Origin: an uncultured Rhabdochlamydiaceae bacterium
GTDB lineage: Bacteria; Chlamydiota; Chlamydiia; Chlamydiales; Rhabdochlamydiaceae
Length of the DNA stretch: 64,000 nucleotides
Assembly: GCA_963712275.1 (NCBI GenBank)
Contig: CAVQHD010000001.1
Location: 128,001-192,000 of the forward strand
Direction: 5' to 3'
Numbering within the stretch: the stretch's first letter is position 1; the number at the start of each line of letters is the position of its first letter. The position numbers and the translations under genes are program-made. Below, one piece after another: positions 31,188 to 41,293 of the stretch. Below the pieces are notes generated by a model. That model was not told the DNA's origin. It made no database searches and was given only the letters and a program-made list of their open reading frames with translations.

Positions 31188-32009
31188 ATGGAACTGAGTC
31201 ATTTGACTTTTTTTTGCTTCATGATGACCTTTGCTAGCCTATGGATCCATCGGTCGGCGTGGTTATGGGGCTCTTTTTTAATTCTTTCGTTCATCTTAGC
31301 TTTTTATTCTTCTGTTGCCTACCCTTTTTCTCTTCTTATACTTGCCCTTCTGTTTGTTTTGTTCTGGCTTCTTAAAACCCCCATTGAAGGCGGCAAACGG
31401 CATTTTCTATCCCTTGTTGCCATTGGCATCGCAGCGGGACTAAATTTTCACTGGATCCCAGGTTTTTGCAATTGGCATGTTTCAGGATCGTTTTGGTTAA
31501 ATTTTGATAAACCACTCATGGGTTTATTCCCCCTTGTTTTTCTGATCCCTCTCTGTCAAACCCAAAGCGACTGGATTAAAGTCGGACTCAAAGCAATTCC
31601 TCTGACGCTGATTGTCATCTTTGGACTGGCCTCTCTTGCTCTAGGCACAGGAGCCATTCAGTGGCAGCTTAAACTGCCTTCCCACTTTTTCATCCGTGTG
31701 ATCTCTAATTTATTTTTAGTTGTGATTCCTGAAGAGGCTTTTTTCCGAGGTTTTTTACAACGAGAGCTCTCTCACCGTATTGGCAGAGGAATCCTTGGGA
31801 CTGCGCTCGGAATCGTCGGCTCTGCCCTTGTTTTCATGCTGTTTCACCTTAACTGGGGTGCCTCGCCCGCGCTACTCGCTTTTGTCTTACTGGCAGGGAT
31901 TCTTTATGGAGTGATCTATGAACTTTCTGGCTTTCTTGAAGGAAGCATTCTATGCCACTACGCCGTTAACCTCTTACATATGCTCTTTTTCAGCTACCAT
32001 GCAGAGTAA
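31188..32009 (+). CDS. CPBP intramembrane metalloprotease
   Basis: EEAFFRG, FMLFH and HYAVN motifs in a multi-TM protein. Confidence 0.85.
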   Translation: MELSHLTFFCFMMTFASLWIHRSAWLWGSFLILSFILAFYSSVAYPFSLLILALLFVLFWLLKTPIEGGKRHFLSLVAIGIAAGLNFHWIPGFCNWHVSGSFWLNFDKPLMGLFPLVFLIPLCQTQSDWIKVGLKAIPLTLIVIFGLASLALGTGAIQWQLKLPSHFFIRVISNLFLVVIPEEAFFRGFLQRELSHRIGRGILGTALGIVGSALVFMLFHLNWGASPALLAFVLLAGILYGVIYELSGFLEGSILCHYAVNLLHMLFFSYHAE

Positions 32010-32010
32010 A

Positions 32011-32042
32011 CCTTGCCCACTCCTTGGAGGGATAGGGCAAGG
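32011..32042. terminator. Hairpin between convergent genes
   Basis: CCTTGCCC...GGGCAAGG. Confidence 0.5.
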
Positions 32043-32054
32043 CGCGGGCAACGA

Positions 32055-32360
32055 CTACTTAGAATCTGCTGTTTTAGCTTTTAATAGCCCTCCAACAACA
32101 GCGAGTTGATACTTATTCATGATCGTATCGACAGCTGCATCAGCTGCAAGAGCATTTTTTTGAGCTATTTCAAGCACCTCATGACGCTGATCAAGATTCA
32201 TCAAATTGAAAGCTTGACATTGAGCTGGACTTAAAAAACTCACAAAAGCAACTTCTTCCATGGCTTGTGGCGTCTTATCATGGCTATCAGTAGGACTTGC
32301 TCCTACAAAGTTCATCGCTAATGTGATCAATCCTATCATGACTATCGTCTGTTTACTCAT
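32055..32360 (-). CDS. Small exported hypothetical protein
   Basis: Signal-peptide-like N-terminus. Weak similarity to the upstream neighbour. Confidence 0.65.
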   Translation of the reverse strand: MSKQTIVMIGLITLAMNFVGASPTDSHDKTPQAMEEVAFVSFLSPAQCQAFNLMNLDQRHEVLEIAQKNALAADAAVDTIMNKYQLAVVGGLLKAKTADSK

Positions 32361-32377
32361 TCTATTTTCCTTTGTTT

Positions 32378-32695
32378 TTATTTTACAGGGCATCCTGTTG
32401 GGGTTTTTTGGGGTGATGGGGAACCTACTTTCTGAACCGCCATATCAGGCGACATTGTCATTCCCGACGCATCGGGTGTAGAGGCCATTTGCATTGCTGA
32501 AGCTCTCTGAACATCCGTAAATTTCCCACAAAAGAGGGCTTTATTCATCGGAGAAAGCTGCGATGCAAATTGCTGCATCTCTTGAGACATCGTGCTGCAA
32601 TCCATCATTTGCTGCATCTGCTCTGCCTGTAGAGCTAGAGGAGCAAATCCCAAGGCGCATCCAGCAATGGCAATCATCATCATCTTAAATTTCAT
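32378..32695 (-). CDS. Small exported Met/Gln-rich protein
   Basis: AAGGAG RBS and a signal peptide ending ALQA. Confidence 0.7.
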   Translation of the reverse strand: MKFKMMMIAIAGCALGFAPLALQAEQMQQMMDCSTMSQEMQQFASQLSPMNKALFCGKFTDVQRASAMQMASTPDASGMTMSPDMAVQKVGSPSPQKTPTGCPVK

Positions 32696-32852
32696 ATTTC
32701 TCCTTTGCATTAAAAGCCGTTTTAAAACTGTATTTGATACACCATACACCTCCTTTTCAATTTTTGTCTATCTACAATTGTGCAAGGATACCAATCTGAT
32801 AAGGGACAATGGGCGCTATTTTTCGTCGAGGGAAATATGATAATGAGATATA

Positions 32853-33515
32853 ATGGGATTTCTTATGGGTCCCATATCTGGGTTGCTTGATAAAATTTTC
32901 AACTCGTCCTATTCTTTAACAAAACAACCTTTATTCAAATATTGCCGTGTAACAGTTTCAGCCTTTGCTGGAATCGCTGCCTCCCTAGGACTGATCTATT
33001 TTACAGTTTCTTATTTAAAGGGACGAACCAAGTGGTTCAATAAAGAAAGTCCTAAACCCCAACAAATAGATAAACCTACTGCAGCTCCACTTACCCGGAA
33101 AGCCGTTATATTAGGACATCGTAAAGAAGCCGAGTCTTGGATGCTCAGCAATGGGCAGTCTCTTGAACAGTTTCTAAAAACCAGATTTCATCTGGATTTA
33201 AGCTACCAGAATACGTTTGCAGGCATTCCTTTAGAAACTGTACCCATTGTTCTTGAGAGAATTAACGCCCGGCATGGCGGCTTGGGTGAGTCTGCTCAAA
33301 TATTAAAAAATCCTATTATTTTGGTTGGGTCTACAATAAATGCGGCAAAAATAAGCAAAAAAATGTTTGTAGCAAGATCTCAAATAAACCCAGAGAGAGT
33401 TATTATGTTTAAGATAACAGATGGTTACAAAGGGATGGAATTCATAGGGATGAAAATCGACATAAACCCGGATCTTTTGGAAGAAAAGATAAGGACACTA
33501 TTGAACACTTTCTAA
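32853..33515 (+). CDS. Hypothetical protein with one N-terminal TM segment
   Basis: 220-aa ORF with a hydrophobic segment at aa ~34-55. Confidence 0.6.
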   Translation: MGFLMGPISGLLDKIFNSSYSLTKQPLFKYCRVTVSAFAGIAASLGLIYFTVSYLKGRTKWFNKESPKPQQIDKPTAAPLTRKAVILGHRKEAESWMLSNGQSLEQFLKTRFHLDLSYQNTFAGIPLETVPIVLERINARHGGLGESAQILKNPIILVGSTINAAKISKKMFVARSQINPERVIMFKITDGYKGMEFIGMKIDINPDLLEEKIRTLLNTF

Positions 33516-33548
33516 GAAGCTGTCTTAAAACTCAGTCTATCGATTTTT
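33516..33548. repeat. MITE family B left-end fragment
   Basis: GAAGCTGTCTTAAAACTCAG immediately after a TAA stop codon. Confidence 0.7.
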
Positions 33549-33574
33549 AATACGGCTTGATATATGTAACGGTT

Positions 33575-34060
33575 ATGAGTGAAAGGCCAATTGAGTGCGG
33601 AGAATGTAAAAGAGCTGTCAAGATTTTCTACAAGGAAATCACAGGTGATACCATCACATGCACTGAAATGTGTGATGAATGCCCTGTTTTCAAAGCCAAA
33701 CTAGCTGGCGACTCTGTTGTGTCTCCTCAAAAAGAAAATCCCCTGTGTTGCGGTGTGTGCGGGACCTCACTTGAATCTGTGAAAATGAGTCAACCACTCG
33801 GTTGCCCGGAATGTTATACAGTCTTTGCTAATTTTATCCTGAGTGAGCTAATTGCAGCTGATGGAATCCCTTCTTCTAAGAAAATAAAACCTCAAGCCCT
33901 TCATATTGGTAGCTCCCCCCAGCAGCCAAGTTCAGTTGCCCTCTCCTCCAAGCTCGCTTCACTCAGCGAAGCCTTGAATGAAGCCCTCAAAAAAGAAAAC
34001 TATGAACAGGCTGCTTGGCTTCGGGACCAAATTAAAGCCATGACTGATCAACATGAGTAG
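33575..34060 (+). CDS. mcsA: McsA-like protein
   Basis: Four CxxC motifs, LGCPECY and the UVR motif ENYEQAAWLRDQI. Confidence 0.85.
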   Translation: MSERPIECGECKRAVKIFYKEITGDTITCTEMCDECPVFKAKLAGDSVVSPQKENPLCCGVCGTSLESVKMSQPLGCPECYTVFANFILSELIAADGIPSSKKIKPQALHIGSSPQQPSSVALSSKLASLSEALNEALKKENYEQAAWLRDQIKAMTDQHE

Positions 34061-35117
34061 CAAACTCCCTGATTTTCTTTTTCAAAGCACGGGTTGGAAT
34101 CACGAAAAAAATCCTATTTGGATTGGCTCTACGCTCCATCTCTACCGTAATTTTGCTCTTTATAAATTCCCCGGCAAAATGACGCCGGCTGAAATGGCAG
34201 GAAGCCAAAAGACCATCGTTGAAGCCTGTCAAAAAATTCCATCTCTCCAACCTCTCACATTCCTTCCTGCAGAAGAACTCTCCCCTCTTGATAAGGAGCT
34301 CCTCTTTGAACATTTTCAATGCTCTCAAGGGCTGCAAGAGGCACAAATGGGTCAAGGATTTGCTTTTAACTCTCAAGGCAATTGCCTGATCTTGCTTCAC
34401 CTCCATAACCACTTACAAATCCATATCGTTGAACCTTCCGATGACCTTATCAGCGCATGGCTTGCTCTTTCCAAAATGGATGCCGATATTGGACGGATAA
34501 ACCCCTATGCCTTCTCCTCCAATTTTGGGTATCTCACGGCTGATCCTATGGTATGCGGAACAGCTCTTGAGGTGCGGCTGCTGCTTCACATCCCTGCCCT
34601 CCGCCATACGGGAGCGCTCGGAGAAATTCTTCGAAATTGCGGAGATGAACAGCTCCTCTTTTTAAGCCTAGAGGGAGCCGTTGCTGATCTTGTCGGTGAT
34701 ATTTTGATCTTAAAAAATCATTACACATTAGGAGTTGCTGAAGAGACTCTCCTCAATCTACTTAAGACAGCAGCTCTTAAAATCGCACAGGCTGAAAAAA
34801 CTGCGTGCGACCGCTTAAAAGATACTCCTTCTCCGGAATTAAAAGACTTTGTTGGAAGATCTTTTGGACTTTTGATGCACTCGTATCAACTATATCCCAA
34901 AGAAGCTCTTGACGGCCTTTCAGGTCTCAAGCTAGGTGTTCATCTTGGATGGGTTTCAGGGGTCTCTCCCCAAAAGCTGAACACTCTCATGCTTCAGCTC
35001 CGAAGAGCACATCTCACCCACCTGCTCCACCTTGGATCTCCTGACCTTCAAGAACTTTCCCACAAACGAGCCGAATGGCTCCATCAAGAACTCAAAGGAA
35101 TTGCCATCATCGAATGA
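34053..35117 (+). CDS. mcsB: Protein-arginine kinase McsB-like
   Basis: RNF..YKFP, FGYLTADP..CGT and LHIPAL motifs. Follows mcsA. Confidence 0.85.
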   Translation: MSSKLPDFLFQSTGWNHEKNPIWIGSTLHLYRNFALYKFPGKMTPAEMAGSQKTIVEACQKIPSLQPLTFLPAEELSPLDKELLFEHFQCSQGLQEAQMGQGFAFNSQGNCLILLHLHNHLQIHIVEPSDDLISAWLALSKMDADIGRINPYAFSSNFGYLTADPMVCGTALEVRLLLHIPALRHTGALGEILRNCGDEQLLFLSLEGAVADLVGDILILKNHYTLGVAEETLLNLLKTAALKIAQAEKTACDRLKDTPSPELKDFVGRSFGLLMHSYQLYPKEALDGLSGLKLGVHLGWVSGVSPQKLNTLMLQLRRAHLTHLLHLGSPDLQELSHKRAEWLHQELKGIAIIE

Positions 35118-35136
35118 AGCCTTTATATTCGTCGAA

Positions 35137-35856
35137 ATGCATTGGACAGCAGTCATCTTGATGGGGGGCGAAGGACGGAGAATGGGAAGCTCCACCCCTA
35201 AACAATTTCATCTCCTAGATTCTCTGAAAGTCTATGAGCGCACCCTTCAAACCTTTCGAGAGGCAGCTCTTTTCCAAGAGATCATTCTTGTCTGCCATCC
35301 AGCGTGGACTAGCCAGGTCAAGGAAGAGACAGCCTCTTTTCCAGAGGTGTCGGTGGTTACCGGCGGCCCTACCCGGCAAGCCTCTTCCAGGCAAGGGCTT
35401 CTTGCCTGCAGGCCAGGATGCGATTATGTGATGATTCACGATGCAGTTCGCCCCTTTGTCTCTTTACAAATTCTTAAAAACAATTATGAAGCCGCTCTCA
35501 AACATGGAGCCGTGGATACCTGCATTGCTTCGGCCGATACTCTACTCATGACACACGACGGAACCCGGATTGCCTCTATTCCTCCACGAGACCAATTTCG
35601 GAGAGGACAAACTCCGCAGACATTCGCCTATCCCCTGATTGATGAAGCCCACCAAAAAACAACCCGAACGAACGCTTCCGATGATTGTCAACTGGTCCTC
35701 GACTTAGGCCTTCCGGTCGTTATTGTCGAAGGATCGGAGGATAATCTTAAAATCACCACCGATCGAGACTTAGAAGCGGCAAAGCTCCTCTTGAGCATGC
35801 AAGTCACCAAGCGCTTCTTTTCAACTTCCAAGCAGCTAAGATCCAACAGCTTATAA
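35137..35856 (+). CDS. ispD: 2-C-methyl-D-erythritol 4-phosphate cytidylyltransferase (IspD/TarI family)
   Basis: GG.GRRMG..PKQF, HDAVRPF, QTPQ and NLKITT motifs. Confidence 0.85.
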   Translation: MHWTAVILMGGEGRRMGSSTPKQFHLLDSLKVYERTLQTFREAALFQEIILVCHPAWTSQVKEETASFPEVSVVTGGPTRQASSRQGLLACRPGCDYVMIHDAVRPFVSLQILKNNYEAALKHGAVDTCIASADTLLMTHDGTRIASIPPRDQFRRGQTPQTFAYPLIDEAHQKTTRTNASDDCQLVLDLGLPVVIVEGSEDNLKITTDRDLEAAKLLLSMQVTKRFFSTSKQLRSNSL

Positions 35857-36984
35857 TTTTATCCGACATCCCGCTACAATGTGGCTGGAGCCATAGTCAT
35901 CGCCTCTCTGGATGGCGAGACCCTTCGAGCCAAAGCCGCCAACAGTAAAACCACGCTCTTGACATCGCGTAATGGTCGCTGGTCTATCAGGATAAAGCCT
36001 TTCGCCTGTAGTGACATAGTGGAGCAGTATGCAGATGACTGCTTCCAGCAGTTTGGGAAGCTCGTAGGTCAGCCCTGTTTGCTTAGCGCAGCTTGCGACA
36101 AGCGCCTTCTGCTCTTCGTAGTTTTTGTTGAAACTTCCTCCAATGAAATGGCGGGTCATGAGAATCCAGTATGATTCAGCCACGGGTTTGTCTTCATACC
36201 CCTCTAAATCAGGCGGAAAAAGGTATTTCGTCGGAAAGTGAGCGGGGTACCGGGGGTTCTCTACAAGCTTTTCGAAGTTTTTTACGGTGAGGGGGTTACC
36301 GTTTAAGGTTTTGGGGATGAGGACGAGGAGATGAGCATCTCTGACTGTTTTATAGGGAAAAAGGAGAGAATTGCTCTGAAGGATTTGGTGAATGTCTTTA
36401 GGAAGTGGCGGTATGTTCCCAACATCCCCAAGGACCTCCCAATTATTTTCTCCAATGGCGGTAGAGAGAAGGAGAGGAGGGGTGATGAGTTTTGGAATGG
36501 AAGCAATTTGAGGTGAGGAGGTGGATATTTGAGAAGACGACGTTTGATTATAAGTATGAGACGGCTGGGGTTGAGGCGAGGAAGGGGTTAGGCTTGCCCC
36601 TGTCACTTGTGGGACTTGCAGGATTTGCTCGAGTTTTTCTTTAACAAATGTGCTGACTTTGCCTTGGGTGTCTACGAGGAGGACGATCAAGTTGTAAGAC
36701 TCTTGGTCCTGAGAACTAAGAGTTTGATTGAGATCAAGGGTGAGGAGAACTTCTGATTTTTGTTTCAAGGCTTGAAGGAGGCTGGGGTCTTGCTTCACAA
36801 CCTCTTCTCCAAGGAGGTTGATCATGCGTTTAAGGAGATCGTAAACGGTCGTAGTGTTGTTGGGTTGTGCGGGGTTGGGAAGAGGGTTAGGTTGGGATTC
36901 AACCAATAATCCGGTGGGGGTTTGGGGATTTAGTGGGAGACTTACTGGAGAGGATGGTTGGCTGGTGGGGGGTGTTGGATACAT
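35851..36984 (-). CDS. Hypothetical effector-like protein with Pro/Ser/Gln-rich N-terminus and globular C-terminal domain
   Basis: AAGGAG RBS, low-complexity linkers and the YELPKLLEAVICIL...GERLY...TRCQE segment. Confidence 0.7.
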   Translation of the reverse strand: MYPTPPTSQPSSPVSLPLNPQTPTGLLVESQPNPLPNPAQPNNTTTVYDLLKRMINLLGEEVVKQDPSLLQALKQKSEVLLTLDLNQTLSSQDQESYNLIVLLVDTQGKVSTFVKEKLEQILQVPQVTGASLTPSSPQPQPSHTYNQTSSSQISTSSPQIASIPKLITPPLLLSTAIGENNWEVLGDVGNIPPLPKDIHQILQSNSLLFPYKTVRDAHLLVLIPKTLNGNPLTVKNFEKLVENPRYPAHFPTKYLFPPDLEGYEDKPVAESYWILMTRHFIGGSFNKNYEEQKALVASCAKQTGLTYELPKLLEAVICILLHYVTTGERLYPDRPATITRCQERGFTVGGFGSKGLAIQRGDDYGSSHIVAGCRIKL

Positions 36985-37122
36985 ACGGTTCTCCTTTTAT
37001 TAGACTTGGCTATGGCCAAGTGAAAGGAAATATTAGGAGATAATGAGGATAATTTTCAATAGCTCATAATCTATTCCAAAATTTGCTCTCTTTTTTTCTA
37101 AGCTTCCGCTATATCTACAATT

Positions 37123-39954
37123 ATGCAAGATCATTTTCAGACATTAAAAACACTTCCTTCCGGTGCCTACTATTATTCACTACCCGCTTTAGCAAAGCAA
37201 AAAATGAACTTCATTCAGCGGCTCCCAGTCTCCATTCGGATCATGTTGGAAGCTCTTCTTCGGCATTGCGATGGCGTGCGAGTGAAAGAAGAGGATGTAC
37301 AGCAGCTCGCCGCTTGGAATGCAAAAAGGCCATCGGATCGAGACGTTCCTTTTGTGGTGTCTCGCGTGATTCTTCAAGACTTTACTGGCGTACCTCTTTT
37401 AGTTGACCTTGCCGCAATGCGCGATGCAGTCGCCACTAAAGGATACCCGGCAGAGCTCATCGAGCCTCAAGTGCCGGTCGATCTTGTGATCGACCACTCC
37501 GTCCAAGTCGACCGGTCAGGCTCACCTGATGCCTTTCTTTTTAACCTCAAAATCGAATTTGAAAGGAATCAAGAACGGTATGAATTTTTAAAGTGGGGGC
37601 AAGAGGCATTTAAGACATTTAAAGTCGTTCCTCCAGGCATTGGAATCGTTCATCAAGTCAATCTTGAGAACCTCGCTTGCGGAGTTGCTGAGGAAACCCG
37701 CGATGGAAAAACGGTTCTCTACCCTGATACTCTTGTAGGGACAGATTCTCATACGACCATGATCAATGGACTCGGCGTTGTAGGCTGGGGCGTTGGAGGG
37801 ATTGAAGCAGAAGCGGCCATGCTGGGCCAGCCTGTCGCCCTTCAAACACCCGAGGTCATTGGAGTTCACTTCTCAGAAAGCCTTCAAGAAGGAGTGACTG
37901 CGACCGATTTAACACTTCGTATTACAGAGCTTCTCAGACAAGCAAGTGTCGTTGGGAAGTTCGTCGAGTTCTTTGGGGAAGGGACAGCCACGCTTACGGT
38001 TGCAGATCGAGCAACCATTGGCAACATGGCCCCTGAGTATGGAGCAACGATGGGATTTTTTCCCTGCGACGAAAAAACTCTCGACTATCTTCGGATGACC
38101 GGGCGGAGCGATGCCGAAGTTACGCGTGTCAAAGAGTATTTGATGGCACAGCATCTCTTTGGCATTCCAAAAGAAGGAGAGATCGATTATACACAGGTGA
38201 TTGAGCTTGACCTCTCGACAGTCAAACCGTGCGTCGCCGGTCCCAAACGACCTCAGGACCGGATTGAGCTTCCCGAACTTAAAGCAAAATTCTCAAGGCT
38301 CACCTCAGCTCCGGTATCTCAAGGAGGATATGAAAAAAAAGAGTCAGAGCAGCTGCGGCAGGTCTTTATTCGAGGCTCAGCCGCTTTTTCTCCGCAGCTT
38401 CCCCACGAAACAGGAGGGAAAGAGACACTCGGAAACGGCTCTCTCCCCTGGAGTGAAGATGAGATGGTCACCAACCGCCCTTTTACAGAAGCCGTTGACG
38501 ACCCAACATATATCCATGAAAAAGAAGCCGACATCATCCTATCCCACGGATCGATTGTGATTGCAGCGATCACCAGCTGCACTAACACTAGCAACCCAAG
38601 CGTCATGATTGGGGCAGGGCTTCTTGCGAAAAAAGCGATCCAAAAAGGGCTTCGAGTCAACCCTCTTGTGAAGACAAGCTTAGCTCCAGGATCCCGCGTC
38701 GTCACCGATTATCTTCATAAAAGTGGTTTGCAAAAATATCTGGATGAGCTTGGATTTCAACTCGTCGCTTACGGATGCACAACCTGCATTGGCAACAGCG
38801 GCCCTTTGGAAGAGAGAATCGAAAAGGCAATTCAGCAATACGATCTCGTCACAGCCAGCGTCCTCAGCGGGAATCGGAACTTTGAAGCTCGCATTCATAG
38901 CTCTGTTAAAGCTAATTTTCTGATGTCCCCTCCCCTTGTCGTTGCATTTGCCATTGCAGGACGGGTTGATATCGACTTAACAAAAGAGCCCGTTGGCCAT
39001 GATAGAGAAGGGCGCCCTGTCTATTTGAAAGAGATTTGGCCCTCCTCAAAAGAGATTGAAGATGTGATTAAAAAAGTGCTTCAACCCTCGATGTTCAAAG
39101 AGCGGTATTCCCACATCTTACAAGATAACCCCGTTTGGCAAGAGATCAAAACCACCCCATCGTCAAAGTATCATTGGAGCTCTAAAAGCACCTATATTCA
39201 AAAGCCTCCTTACTTTTCTCACTTCTCATTAGACCTTCCAAAGCGCCCTATCTTAAAAGAGATGCGAGCCCTTGCTCTCTTTGGAGATTCTGTGACGACC
39301 GACCATATTTCACCTGCAGGGGCCTTCTCTGCAACCTCGGCCGCAGGAAAATATCTTCTCTCTCTTGGCGTCAAAGAAGCCGATTTTAACAGCTATGGAA
39401 GCCGACGTGGAAACCACAATGTGATGATGCGAGGAACCTTTGCCAATGTCCGCCTTAAAAACCACTTAGCTGGAGGTAAAGAGGGAAGTTATACCAAGCT
39501 CATCCCCGAAGGAACCCTCACTTCGATTTTCGAAGCCTGTGAAGCCTATCAAAAGAAAAATGTCCCCCTCATTCTTTTCGCTGGAAAAGACTATGGGATG
39601 GGAAGTTCCCGCGATTGGGCTGCAAAAGGGACAGCACTCCTTGGTATCCGCGCTGTCATCGCTCGCAGCTTTGAGCGGATCCACCGTAGCAATCTCATCG
39701 GAATGGGAGTCCTTCCTCTCGAGTTTATGGATGGTCAAAGCTGGGAGAGCCTTCAAATCACCGGCGAAGAGCTCTTTACGCTCCAAGCGGATCAACTTAC
39801 CCCTTCCCAAACGATCCAGCTCACCATCGAGCACCAAGGGAAAAGCCGCGAAGCTCCTCTCCTCCTTCGGTTAGACACACCTATCGAAGTCGACTACTAT
39901 ATGCATGGCGGCATCATGCCGTATGTCCTCCGGCAGCTTCTGAAGCACTGTTGA
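37123..39954 (+). CDS. acnA: Aconitate hydratase A
   Basis: [34 protein letters not shown] and [10 protein letters not shown] motifs. Confidence 0.97.
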   Translation: MQDHFQTLKTLPSGAYYYSLPALAKQKMNFIQRLPVSIRIMLEALLRHCDGVRVKEEDVQQLAAWNAKRPSDRDVPFVVSRVILQDFTGVPLLVDLAAMRDAVATKGYPAELIEPQVPVDLVIDHSVQVDRSGSPDAFLFNLKIEFERNQERYEFLKWGQEAFKTFKVVPPGIGIVHQVNLENLACGVAEETRDGKTVLYPDTLVGTDSHTTMINGLGVVGWGVGGIEAEAAMLGQPVALQTPEVIGVHFSESLQEGVTATDLTLRITELLRQASVVGKFVEFFGEGTATLTVADRATIGNMAPEYGATMGFFPCDEKTLDYLRMTGRSDAEVTRVKEYLMAQHLFGIPKEGEIDYTQVIELDLSTVKPCVAGPKRPQDRIELPELKAKFSRLTSAPVSQGGYEKKESEQLRQVFIRGSAAFSPQLPHETGGKETLGNGSLPWSEDEMVTNRPFTEAVDDPTYIHEKEADIILSHGSIVIAAITSCTNTSNPSVMIGAGLLAKKAIQKGLRVNPLVKTSLAPGSRVVTDYLHKSGLQKYLDELGFQLVAYGCTTCIGNSGPLEERIEKAIQQYDLVTASVLSGNRNFEARIHSSVKANFLMSPPLVVAFAIAGRVDIDLTKEPVGHDREGRPVYLKEIWPSSKEIEDVIKKVLQPSMFKERYSHILQDNPVWQEIKTTPSSKYHWSSKSTYIQKPPYFSHFSLDLPKRPILKEMRALALFGDSVTTDHISPAGAFSATSAAGKYLLSLGVKEADFNSYGSRRGNHNVMMRGTFANVRLKNHLAGGKEGSYTKLIPEGTLTSIFEACEAYQKKNVPLILFAGKDYGMGSSRDWAAKGTALLGIRAVIARSFERIHRSNLIGMGVLPLEFMDGQSWESLQITGEELFTLQADQLTPSQTIQLTIEHQGKSREAPLLLRLDTPIEVDYYMHGGIMPYVLRQLLKHC

Positions 39955-40137
39955 TGAGTCGGTGCAATTGTCCTAACGGAATTTAGTATTTAAGTCTACA
40001 AAAGAAGGGGTTCTTTTTACGAGCAGATCGATATAATAAGGGGATCTTTTCGAGAGTTATAAAACTTTGCAGAGCTTCTTCTTGAGCATAAAATAGATAT
40101 AACTTATTTATTCTATGATCACTCTTAATGAAAAATA

Positions 40138-40164
40138 ACCCCTTCGCCAAAGGAGGGGAGGGGT
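40138..40164 (-). terminator. Putative rpsD terminator
   Basis: ACCCCT...AGGGGT stem followed by a T-rich run on the minus strand. Confidence 0.5.
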
Positions 40165-40193
40165 AAAATCAATCTGGCAAAGGAGTTAAAAGT

Positions 40194-40814
40194 TTAGCTC
40201 GTGTGAGCAAGGTGCTCACAGATAAGAGAAATATTGAGAGGGAGAGGGAAAGGAACTTGATCGAGATGCGGCTCGCTGACAAGCTTTCCACTAAAGCTCG
40301 GTACGTCCAGCTCTAGATATCCTGGAACTTCGCGAGCTGTGTTTTCAACTGATTCTTTAACAGGAGAAAGCTGCTGAGCTTTGGTTTTGAGCGAAATCGT
40401 CATTCCAGGCTTCACTTCAAATGAACGCCGGTCGACCTTCTTCCCATTGACACAAACATGGCCGTGCGAAACAAGCTGCTGAGCAGCAAAGATGGTTGGC
40501 GCTAGGCGAAGGCGATAAACCATGTTATCTAAGCGGCACTCTAATCGTCTTAAGAAAAGATGAGATGTGACCCCTTTCTGACGAAGGGCTTCCTTGTAGT
40601 ATCGGACCAACTGTTTTTGGTTAATCATCCCATAGACAGCTTTTAACTTTTGCTTCTCTTCTAATTGTTGGCCAATATCTGATTTTTTCTTCTTCTTTCC
40701 CCCGTGCATTCCAGGAGGATTTGCCTTGTGAAGAAGAGGATTGCGTGCACGCCCAAAAATATTCACACCAAAACGGCGGGCGATTCGATTTTTAGGGCCA
40801 GTATAACGTACCAT
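40194..40814 (-). CDS. rpsD: 30S ribosomal protein S4
   Basis: MVRYTGPK and [11 protein letters not shown]...QLVSHGH. Confidence 0.97.
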   Translation of the reverse strand: MVRYTGPKNRIARRFGVNIFGRARNPLLHKANPPGMHGGKKKKKSDIGQQLEEKQKLKAVYGMINQKQLVRYYKEALRQKGVTSHLFLRRLECRLDNMVYRLRLAPTIFAAQQLVSHGHVCVNGKKVDRRSFEVKPGMTISLKTKAQQLSPVKESVENTAREVPGYLELDVPSFSGKLVSEPHLDQVPFPLPLNISLICEHLAHTS

Positions 40815-40931
40815 TCGTTGCTCCAAATCAATAACTTTTACATCGAAAGAAGCCATGGTAATTTAGGCAGAGTTTTTTAACAAGTGTTAATAATTTTTTT
40901 AATTCTTTCCTTCTTGATAAGATCGATTTAT

Positions 40932-41280
40932 CCGTTGACGGAAGAAAACCAAGTGTTTTAGCGCTTGGGTGAATTCCGCTACTTTGTTAAACTATTCTTG
41001 TCTTAACAGACTAGCCGCTGGAATGGCGGGTAAAAGCCTGTTGGAGCTGCCCTTAAGTTGGGAGCTATGAATCAGGAATCTCGTGCCCTTTAGAAGCTGT
41101 CTTAAAACTCAGGTTTCGTCGCTTTTTAGAGGATTTTTGGCCAATTTTCACTTTATTTGGTGGGGGTAATATACGAAGTTGATATTACCCCCACCAAATA
41201 AAGCGAAAATTGGCTCAAAAAGCCCCAAAAATCGACAGAAACTGAGTTTTAAGACAGCTTCTTAGGGCCGAGAGGTTCAA
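40932..41280 (+). mobile_element. Miniature non-autonomous IS200/IS605 element with omega-RNA-like right end, interrupted by MITE B1
   Basis: TTTAT target, left-end hairpin CCAAGTGT-TTTA-GCGCTTGG, and right end GAAT-CTCGTGCCC-TTTA-GGGCCGAG-AGGTTCAA once the MITE is removed. Confidence 0.75.
41093..41261. mobile_element. Palindromic MITE family B, copy B1
   Basis: GAAGCTGTCTTAAAACTCAG...CTGAGTTTTAAGACAGCTTC with a TTA TSD. Confidence 0.9.
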
Positions 41281-41293
41281 AATTCTTCCTGCT

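Noticed and set aside
37123..39954. acnA and icd as unusual for chlamydiae
   Set aside because: They are absent in Chlamydiaceae but known in environmental chlamydiae, so they are not novel.
40935..40939. TTGAC as the IS605 target motif
   Set aside because: It is only 9 nt from the hairpin. TTTAT at 17 nt fits the usual spacing and the A-rich guide at the hairpin foot better. It is not fully excluded.
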